From positions 3,510,001 through 3,542,000 of the forward strand of contig NC_020304.1 of NCBI RefSeq assembly GCF_000341395.1: a stretch of 32,000 bases of DNA. Direction: 5' to 3'. The notes beneath the pieces were generated by a model. The model was not told where the DNA came from. It saw nothing but the letters and a program-made list of their open reading frames with translations, and searched no databases. The first letter of the stretch is position 1. Every line of letters begins with the position of its first letter. Source of the DNA: Desulfocapsa sulfexigens DSM 10523 (GTDB taxonomy: Bacteria; Desulfobacterota; Desulfobulbia; Desulfobulbales; Desulfocapsaceae). Positions 25,344-32,000 of this stretch are shown piece after piece. The position numbers were made by a program, and so were the translations under genes.

Positions 25344-25810
25344 CTACTTATGGTATTTCTCACCGGCCTTTATTGTGTAGGCACGATAGAGCTGCTCCAT
25401 TAAAAACAGCCGCACCATATCATGAGTAAAAGTCATCCGGGAAAAAGACAGCACAAAATCCGCCTGGGTCAAAACTTCGCTGGAATGGCCAGTGGGACCA
25501 CCAATTAAGAATGCAACCACTTTACGCCCTTCCTGTTCCCAAGCAGAGATACGGCCCGCAAGTTCCTCAGAACTTATCTGCTTGCCACCGGAATCCAGAA
25601 CCACTTTAACGGTTGCAGGAGGCAGGGAGGCAAGCAAAACCTGACCTTCTTCCTGCCGCTCCTGTTCTTCAGTCCATCCCTTTTTTTTTTCACCTTTAAA
25701 AGGGAAATATTACAAGCTGTATAATGTTTCAGACGACCACTGTATTCTTTGATCCCCTCTTCAATAAAGGAGTCCTTGGTTTTTCCGAGAAAGGGTAATT
25801 CGATCTTCAT
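25344..25810 (-). pseudogene. rlmH: 23S rRNA (pseudouridine1915-N3)-methyltransferase RlmH, split into two frames at an A10 homopolymer. This is a frameshift, a sequencing error or a recoding site.
   Basis: ORF 25574..25810 matches the RlmH N-terminus only as far as MKIELPFLGKTKDSFIEEGIKEYSGRLKHYTACNISLLKVKKK. In the -1 frame the reading continues GWTEEQERQEEGQVLLASLPPATVKVVLDSGGKQISSEELA...FLIGGPTGHS...LSFSRMTFTHDMVRLFLMEQLYRAYTIKAGEKYHK, which is the RlmH core and C-terminus (ORF 25344..25637). The frames switch at the run of 10 T on the plus strand, 25681-25690. A run of 11 or 8 would give one ~155-aa RlmH. Confidence 0.8.
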
Positions 25811-25816
25811 GCTTTT

Positions 25817-26218
25817 TTAACAGTGAATTATTGTCTGCTCATCAATAAGTTCCTTGAATATTCGACAAAATTCTTCATAGGAGATTTCAGTATTGATCCC
25901 GGGACAGGATTCGCTGATGGTCTTATAGTTATTCTTATCTGCAATCATGGAAGGATGCATTGGCCATTGAGCACAGCGCCACGGGCGGCCCTTATGGACG
26001 GTACAGCCATTATCATAAAAAATGCAGTGGCCATCAATGATCTTCATTTGCACCACATTGCCGGTGACACGCCAGTACTTTTCCCTTACCTCGGCCTCTG
26101 AAAGACCAAGGGCCTCAACCATCCGTTTCTGATCCTTTTCATCGAGCGAAACAGTGGTTTCACCATGACAGCAATACCCGCATTGGGTGCATTCAAATAT
26201 TTCTTTTATATCAGCCAT
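25817..26218 (-). CDS. YkgJ-family cysteine-cluster protein (UPF0153, putative Zn/Fe-S binding).
   Basis: A 133-aa ORF with the family signature CTQCGYCCHG near the N-terminus and further conserved Cys (GHCIFYDNGCTVH, RPWRCAQWP, ESCPG). Confidence 0.75.
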   Translation of the reverse strand: MADIKEIFECTQCGYCCHGETTVSLDEKDQKRMVEALGLSEAEVREKYWRVTGNVVQMKIIDGHCIFYDNGCTVHKGRPWRCAQWPMHPSMIADKNNYKTISESCPGINTEISYEEFCRIFKELIDEQTIIHC

Positions 26219-26252
26219 AATTTTGTATATTTTGAAGAATTTTAAGGATTAA

Positions 26253-26843
26253 TCAAGCATAACCGATATGATCTTGAAAAATGGAAATATCAATGCCGTT
26301 AATAGCAGCGGCCTGGCGCCATTTTTCCTCATCGGGGACATCAAAAATAATGGAATCCAGAGCTGGAATTGTAATCCATCCCTGTGAGACGAGTTCCTGC
26401 TCCAATTGCCCAGGCCCCCAGCCTGCGTAACCAACGGCAAAAAGAAACTTCTCGGGTCCCCGTTCTCTGGAAATATCCTCGAGCACACTGGTATTTCGTG
26501 TTAAATACACAGTAGGACTTACCTCCAAATGATGTTCAGTTACATAATCGGACTGATAAAGAATAAAAGCGGAATTTTGTTCAACCGGCCCTCCCATATA
26601 CACAGGGGCACTGAAACCAGGAGGAACAGGAAGATTATTGGTAAGAAGAACCTCTTCCAGGTCAAGAATGGGGTTTGGTTTATTGACCGCAATCCCGACA
26701 GCCCCCTCATATCCGTGGGAACAGATATAAATCACCTGTTCAGAAAAACGAGGATCCGGCATCTGCGGAGTGGACAGGAGAAATGACCCTGTCAATGTGT
26801 CTATGATTGGTCTTCCTCTTTCGTCCATTCTGATTCCCGCCAC
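26253..26843 (-). CDS. YqgE/AlgH-family protein (UPF0301).
   Basis: The ORF is colinear with E. coli YqgE: GSFLLSTPQMPDPRFSEQVIYICSHGYEGAVGIAVNKP, PVYMGGPVEQNSAFILY, FAVGYAGWGPGQLEQEL..GWI, W..AA...GID. The track start at 26843 is a GTG with no SD. The ATG at 26828 (MDERG...) is the more likely start. Confidence 0.88.
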   Translation of the reverse strand: MAGIRMDERGRPIIDTLTGSFLLSTPQMPDPRFSEQVIYICSHGYEGAVGIAVNKPNPILDLEEVLLTNNLPVPPGFSAPVYMGGPVEQNSAFILYQSDYVTEHHLEVSPTVYLTRNTSVLEDISRERGPEKFLFAVGYAGWGPGQLEQELVSQGWITIPALDSIIFDVPDEEKWRQAAAINGIDISIFQDHIGYA

Positions 26844-27062
26844 TGGTAGTCTTTAGCTGCATAATCACGTATTACTGCTCTGAAATTCAGACAATAACAG
26901 ATCCGGTCAACGATGGTCAAGCAGTGTTCAATGGAGAACTTGCCAACGAATGGGTTGATAATTTATATCTACACCCATTTAGCCCTATGTTTTCCTTAAC
27001 GGATTTGCTACTCTTATATAAACAAACATCTTTCTGTGCTTTCTATAGCTTAGGGGTACCCC

Positions 27063-29270
27063 ATGGGAATAAAAGAACAAATAGATCGCCTCCTCCTTGC
27101 AGAACATTATGATCCTTTTCAGGTTCTGGGGGTACATTTTTCTGACAACGATAAGGATTCAGCCGTTATTCGCTGCTTTCAGCCCCACGCCAGGTCTGTT
27201 TCACTCCTGATTGATGGGAAAACCATTCCGATGGAAAGAGTGCGTAGTGAGGGGATTTTTGAAGCCACCATTGATCGGGGTACGGTTACCGACGAAAACC
27301 TTGATCCTTACACCTATCAATATAAAATCACTTATAACGATGGTGTAGAAAAAACGATCAATGATCCTTATCGTTTTATGCCAATCCTGAGTGAGGAGGA
27401 CAGGTTCCTCTTTAATTTTGGCACCAATTATGAACTCTACGACCATATCGGTGCTCACCCCGGCATGTATTCCCAGATCAGGGGAACCATTTTTCGCGTA
27501 TGGGCCCCATCAGCCACCAGAGTTTCCGTGCTCGGCAACTTCAATGGCTGGGACGGCAGGGTTCATCCCATGCGAAGTCTTGGCAGTTCAGGGATATGGG
27601 AACTTTTTCTTCCCGGAATTGGTGAGGATGAAATCTATAAATTTGAGATTCGCACCACCCGGGGTGATATCCTGGAAAAATCTGATCCATTTCAATTTTT
27701 TGGCGAACATCGGCCAAAAACCGCATCGGTGGTTCGCTATCTCGATCATTATCAATGGCATGACAGGGATTGGCAACAATCAAAAAAAGAAGCCAACCCC
27801 TATGAAAATGCCATGACCATTTACGAGCTCCACCCCGGATCCTGGCAACGCGATCCTTCAAACCCTGAACGTTTTCTCACCTTCAGAGAGCTGGCAGACA
27901 GACTCATCCCCTATGTGAAGAAACTCGGATTTACCCACATCGAACTTATGCCGGTAATGGAACATCCCCTGGACGAATCATGGGGATACCAGATTACCGG
28001 TCCATTCAGCATGACCAGCCGCTATGGTGTTCCTGAAGACTTTATGCATTTTGTAGACAGTTGCCACCTTGAAGGTCTTGGAGTCATTCTCGATTGGGTT
28101 CCTGCTCATTTTCCTAAGGACTCACACAGTCTCGCCCGCTTTGACGGCACAGCACTTTTTGAACATGAAGACCCAAGAAAGGGTGCCCATCCTGAGTGGG
28201 GTACTTTTATTTATAATTATGGTCGTAAAGAAGTCAGCAATTTTCTTATTGCCAATGCCCTATTCTGGATAGACAAATACCATATTGACGGCCTGCGTGT
28301 TGATGCCGTAGCATCCATGCTGTATCTGGATTACTCGCGTAAAGAAGGAGAGTGGCTCCCTAATCAGCACGGGGGAAGAGAAAACCTTGAAGCAATTGAA
28401 TTTATCAAACATCTGAACTCAGTTGTTTATGAGCGTCACCCTGGCACCTTGATGATTGCAGAGGAATCCACCAGCTTTTACGGAGTTTCAAAACCTGCCG
28501 ATCAGGGTGGGCTCGGATTTGGCTTCAAATGGAATATGGGCTGGATGAATGACATCCTTGCCTACTTTGAAAAAGATTGTTTCTACCGACGGTTTCACCA
28601 TAACAGTCTAACTTTTTCCATTATGTACGCTTTTTCTGAAAACTTTATCCTGCCGCTCTCTCACGACGAAGTTGTCCATGGAAAACGTTCTCTTATCGAC
28701 AAAATGCCCGGAGATCTCTGGCAGAAGTTTGCCAATCTTCGTCTTCTCTACCTGACAATGTGGATGCACCCCGGCAAAAAACTTCTTTTTATGGGAGGGG
28801 AATTTGGACAATGGCGTGAGTGGAACTGTAAACAAAGCCTGGATTTCCACCTGCTCCACGAAAATGACCATCACAAAGCAATGCTCCACTTCTTCCATGA
28901 ACTCAACACACTGTACAAGAGCAATGCAAGCCTTTGGGAACTCGATTTCAGCCCCGATGGATTTCAATGGATGGACCTGGAGGATCGAGAAAATTCAATT
29001 ATATCCTATGCACGTTTCGCTAAAAATCGTGACGATCATCTGGTCTGTCTTCTCAATTTCACCCCCCAGACCTTTTATAACTATAAAATAGGACTGCCGA
29101 GCGGATCCAACTACGAACAAGTCTTCTGCTCCGACCAGAGCAGATTTGGCGGAAGCAATGCAGCAGACAGGACAATCTACAGAACCATTGATGAACCCTA
29201 CGCCCAGGCACAGTTTCATGCAAATGTAACAGTTCCTCCCCTTGCCGGGATTGTTTTGAAACCATGTTAA
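27063..29270 (+). CDS. glgB: 1,4-alpha-glucan branching enzyme.
   Basis: A 735-aa ORF with GH13 branching-enzyme blocks FRVWAP.A..V.V.G.FN.WD, YKFEI, IYELH.GSW, GFTHIELMP, SWGYQ, HFPKD, DGLRVDAV.SMLY, AEEST, GFGFKWNMGWM and LPLSHDEVVHGK. Confidence 0.95.
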   Translation: MGIKEQIDRLLLAEHYDPFQVLGVHFSDNDKDSAVIRCFQPHARSVSLLIDGKTIPMERVRSEGIFEATIDRGTVTDENLDPYTYQYKITYNDGVEKTINDPYRFMPILSEEDRFLFNFGTNYELYDHIGAHPGMYSQIRGTIFRVWAPSATRVSVLGNFNGWDGRVHPMRSLGSSGIWELFLPGIGEDEIYKFEIRTTRGDILEKSDPFQFFGEHRPKTASVVRYLDHYQWHDRDWQQSKKEANPYENAMTIYELHPGSWQRDPSNPERFLTFRELADRLIPYVKKLGFTHIELMPVMEHPLDESWGYQITGPFSMTSRYGVPEDFMHFVDSCHLEGLGVILDWVPAHFPKDSHSLARFDGTALFEHEDPRKGAHPEWGTFIYNYGRKEVSNFLIANALFWIDKYHIDGLRVDAVASMLYLDYSRKEGEWLPNQHGGRENLEAIEFIKHLNSVVYERHPGTLMIAEESTSFYGVSKPADQGGLGFGFKWNMGWMNDILAYFEKDCFYRRFHHNSLTFSIMYAFSENFILPLSHDEVVHGKRSLIDKMPGDLWQKFANLRLLYLTMWMHPGKKLLFMGGEFGQWREWNCKQSLDFHLLHENDHHKAMLHFFHELNTLYKSNASLWELDFSPDGFQWMDLEDRENSIISYARFAKNRDDHLVCLLNFTPQTFYNYKIGLPSGSNYEQVFCSDQSRFGGSNAADRTIYRTIDEPYAQAQFHANVTVPPLAGIVLKPC

Positions 29271-29294
29271 AATATTTCAAGGAGAATAGTCATC

Positions 29295-29480
29295 ATGTCT
29301 TTACGGCAACCAACACGATGTACTGGAGATAAGAAAAAACTAGCACTGGCTGAACTCTGTCAGCTTCTTGAAGATCATCCAGAAAAAAGCCGCAAAATAC
29401 TCCTGCAGCAGGTTGAAATCAAGTACGACCTGACGCCGAAGGAGTGCGAGTTTCTGGACAGAAATTTCCACACGGAATAA
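29295..29480 (+). CDS. Small hypothetical protein (61 aa).
   Basis: An ATG preceded by aaggag with a 10-nt spacing, 24 nt after the glgB stop. It does not overlap either neighbour. The composition is ordinary (charged and helical-looking), and I recognise no family. Confidence 0.4.
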   Translation: MSLRQPTRCTGDKKKLALAELCQLLEDHPEKSRKILLQQVEIKYDLTPKECEFLDRNFHTE

Positions 29481-29604
29481 GAGAAACTTGCCAACAGCCA
29501 CTGCACTGCTTAGTTTTATCTCCAAGTCGATATCAGATTTCCAAAGCTATCTGAAAAGAATCTCCATTTAGAAACGCCAGAACACCTGGAGGAAGGAACT
29601 ACAC

Positions 29605-30270
29605 ATGGATGCCTACCAACAACTCATCACTACACTTGCTCTCACAATGGGAACAGCATGGGCAGCTGGAATTAATCTGTACGCAACCATCGCAGTACTA
29701 GGAACTCTTGGTCTCACCGGTAATATGGTTCTCCCTGAACAACTTCTTATCCTACAAAACCCGATGGTGATTGGCGCAGCAGCCCTGATGTACCTGGTTG
29801 AATTCTTTGCAGACAAAACCCCTGGAGTCGATACCGGCTGGGACACCATTCATACATTTATTCGAATTCCCGCTGGTGTTATGCTTGCAGCTGGGGCCGT
29901 TGGTGAGGTAAATCCGGCTATAGTTGTAACAGCAGGTATATTAGGCGGTGGCGTTGCAGCAACTACTCATACAATCAAGGCCGGTACGAGGGTTCTGATT
30001 AATACATCTCCTGAACCATTTTCAAACTGGACGGCATCAGTTGTTGAAGATCTGGCCGTAATTGGTGGGATATTTGCTATGCTTCACTACCCTCTGGCCT
30101 TTCTCGTTTTCTTTGTAGCCTTTCTTCTTACTGCAATCTGGCTGCTCCCGAAGCTCTGGTCAGGTATCAAGGTTGTGTTCCAGACAATTCTTACTTTCTT
30201 CTCGGGAAAAAAACCTGTAGCTTCGCAGGACAAGGAAAAGACAACACCAAAAGAACTGCCTTTAACATAG
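29605..30270 (+). CDS. DUF4126-like integral membrane protein.
   Basis: A 221-aa ORF with an SD ggaggaagg upstream. It has several hydrophobic Gly/Ala-rich segments (TAWAAGINLYATIAVLGTLGL, VIGAAALMYLVEFFADKTPGVD..WD, PAGVMLAAGAVG, AVIGGIFAMLHYPLAFLVFFVAFLLTAIWLL). The FFADK.PG.D..WD block is what I associate with DUF4126. Confidence 0.7.
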   Translation: MDAYQQLITTLALTMGTAWAAGINLYATIAVLGTLGLTGNMVLPEQLLILQNPMVIGAAALMYLVEFFADKTPGVDTGWDTIHTFIRIPAGVMLAAGAVGEVNPAIVVTAGILGGGVAATTHTIKAGTRVLINTSPEPFSNWTASVVEDLAVIGGIFAMLHYPLAFLVFFVAFLLTAIWLLPKLWSGIKVVFQTILTFFSGKKPVASQDKEKTTPKELPLT

Positions 30271-30338
30271 GGCGTCCCATAAAAGATTTGTAAACGCTAG
30301 GAGTGTCAGAAACTCTGCTATACGTTGTCCAAGGATAG

Positions 30339-32000
30339 CTAACAGGGAATCTCAATCACGACCGAGGTTCCCTTTCCTTCCTTGGAATCCACAACCATGC
30401 TCCCCCCATGTTCCTCAACAATCTTTGCAGACATTGCCATTCCAAGCCCTGTTCCTTCTGGCTTTGTTGTAAAGTATGGATCAAATACCCGTCCTAGATT
30501 TTCCGAACTGATTCCACAACCGCTATCCGTTACCGTGATAACAATTACATCACCACTTTTCACACTACGAACAGATAATGTTCCTCCGTCGCTCATAGCC
30601 TGGATGGAATTCAAAAAGAGATTGAGGAAGACCTGACTCAGCCTGTCTTCATCGGCGTAGATCGGGGACAATGTCTCAGGAAAATCGAGAACAATCTCCA
30701 CCCCCGCAGCCTCGGCATCAATACTGAGTAATGAAACTGATTTCTGAAGCAGGGCATGAAGATCAAACTCACTCTTCTGAAGCTCCTGCGGCCTTGCGTA
30801 GTCAAGCAACTCAGAGATACTGCGATTAAGTCTCTCAACTTCCTGCACCAGAATATTGGCAGTTTCTCTATCATTATTTTCAATGCAAAATTTTGACCGT
30901 AGAACGAGGGCAAGGCCTTTGATTGAACTGAGAGGATTGCGCAATTCATGGGCCACCCCAGCAGCCATTTTCCCAAGAGCAGCAAGACGTTCACTCCTAC
31001 GCAGATCTTTTTCAAGTTTTTTCACCTGACTCAGATCCTGTATCATAAGAAGGATTCCAACGAATTGATTATCACGATCGACTATAGCCATACGATTAAG
31101 CTGGACAGTATGACAGGTACCTTGAGCATTTATCAACTGCACCTCCCTCTGTGAGATAACGCCTCTTCGTTCTCCTGAAGCGTCCAGAATCGATCGGATA
31201 GCCTCTGTTTTAGCAAATACTCCTGTATTGTTGCCAAGTGCTATTTTTTCACTTATTCCGGTAAGTTCCTCGGAGAATTTATTATACAGAACAATCTGTC
31301 CTTTACTATCGGTTGCAATGAGTCCTACAGGTAAGGAGGATATCAGGATATCGCGAAAAGCCTCAACCCGACGCAATCTGCTTTGAGATCCTTTCAGTCC
31401 TTCAAGAGTGAGGATAGAAAGCCAGCCGCCGAAACCGACAAGCAGAAGAACAATGGATAAAATTATGATCTCAAGTTTTTGACGCTGCAGCCTTTTATTA
31501 TACTGCTTCATATCAAGCTCAACGAGAATCATGTATTTTTTCTGGCTTAAGGATTCTATCCTCTTTTTCCATGTTGAGTTGGATCCGTGAAGCCGCATCA
31601 CCCGGTTTCCCATTCCTTCTGAGTTGTTCTTCATCACTTGCGGGGAAAATTGCTCCAGTAAGCGACTGGTAATGGGTGAAAAATATGCCGCAACCTGAAA
31701 AACAGAGCCCTTATCTTCAGTACTGATACGATAATTAAACGTTCTGGTATCACTGGCATCTGCATCAATTGCCAGGAGAAAATCATGGGTTTGCTTGGAT
31801 ACCTGCTGAATTCGAGCGGCTGGAACTGAGTTAGCAAGAATAAACCCATCATTGTCAACAAGAGCTAAAAATCTGACTCCGGGATGTCCGGCCGCATGTT
31901 CAAGAACACGTTGTACATTGCCAGGCCAAAGTGCGGCAAGATCCTGCCCTGAGCGCAGACCTGTAATAATTGAACTTCTTGAACTGGAGGCAACAAAACG
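30339..32000 (-). CDS. Sensor histidine kinase (periplasmic/N-terminal sensor region, TM, PAS, HisKA, HATPase_c; NtrB/AtoS-like). The 5-prime end lies beyond the right window edge.
   Basis: HisKA H-box AAGVAHELRNPLSSI. The N, G1 and G2 boxes are present (FLNLFLNSIQAM, VTDSGCGI, FDPYFTTK.EGTGLGMA). A PAS-like segment (GLIATDSKGQIVLYNKFSEELTG) follows a TM helix IIILSIVLLLVGFGGWLSILTL. The same frame stays open upstream of the ATG at 31637 all the way to nt 32000 (RFVASSSRSSIITGLRSGQDLAALWPGNVQRVLEHAAGHPGVRFLALVDNDGFILAN...), so the track start is only the first in-window Met. Confidence 0.85.
   Translation of the reverse strand, partial: RFVASSSRSSIITGLRSGQDLAALWPGNVQRVLEHAAGHPGVRFLALVDNDGFILANSVPAARIQQVSKQTHDFLLAIDADASDTRTFNYRISTEDKGSVFQVAAYFSPITSRLLEQFSPQVMKNNSEGMGNRVMRLHGSNSTWKKRIESLSQKKYMILVELDMKQYNKRLQRQKLEIIILSIVLLLVGFGGWLSILTLEGLKGSQSRLRRVEAFRDILISSLPVGLIATDSKGQIVLYNKFSEELTGISEKIALGNNTGVFAKTEAIRSILDASGERRGVISQREVQLINAQGTCHTVQLNRMAIVDRDNQFVGILLMIQDLSQVKKLEKDLRRSERLAALGKMAAGVAHELRNPLSSIKGLALVLRSKFCIENNDRETANILVQEVERLNRSISELLDYARPQELQKSEFDLHALLQKSVSLLSIDAEAAGVEIVLDFPETLSPIYADEDRLSQVFLNLFLNSIQAMSDGGTLSVRSVKSGDVIVITVTDSGCGISSENLGRVFDPYFTTKPEGTGLGMAMSAKIVEEHGGSMVVDSKEGKGTSVVIEIPC

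Noticed and set aside
31634-31861. A 75-aa minus-strand ORF upstream of the histidine kinase.
   Set aside because: It is out of frame with, and fully overlapped by, the kinase reading frame, which stays open from 31637 to the window edge and encodes a plausible sensor domain.
1-32000. A whole-window scan for CRISPR repeats, IS or transposase ends, integrases, tRNA or rRNA genes, phage or defence genes, and long dispersed repeats.
   Set aside because: None were seen. Every large ORF has a housekeeping or signalling assignment, and apart from 7104-7602 the intergenic regions are too short to hold such elements.

Overview
The window reads as a core-metabolism chromosomal segment from an anaerobe that uses the Wood-Ljungdahl pathway. 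Gene content suggests a Desulfobacterota-type organism, but that is a low-confidence inference. I count about 24 protein-coding genes, densely packed, and see no rRNA, tRNA, CRISPR array, IS element, integrase, phage gene or recognisable defence island. On the minus strand at the left is a colinear acetyl-CoA pathway block: folD, then cooS/acsA, then a metF-acsD fusion, then acsB, which runs off the window edge. After it come NAD-malic enzyme, a KamA-family radical SAM aminomutase, an HDOD-GGDEF cyclase with a Cys-rich unknown ORF, priA head-to-head with hrpA, and a kdsB-mdh-giant YvcK/CofD-like operon. Next are rsmJ with a small alarmone synthetase, an algH-ykgJ-rlmH operon in which rlmH is split at an A10 run, glgB with a small ORF and a DUF4126 membrane protein, and a PAS histidine kinase that runs off the right edge. 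I do not see a clear new multi-gene system. The strongest candidate for something unusual is the single 894-codon ORF joining methylene-THF reductase to the corrinoid Fe-S protein small subunit through a ~290-aa Ala/Lys/Glu/Pro tether. Secondary leads are the rlmH homopolymer frameshift, the 774-aa YvcK/CofD-like protein with an unassigned C-terminal domain coupled to mdh, the rsmJ-alarmone synthetase pairing, the Cys-rich ORF after the cyclase, and short tandem repeats in two Wood-Ljungdahl intergenic regions. All functional calls rest on my own recognition of motifs in the translations, since no database search was possible.
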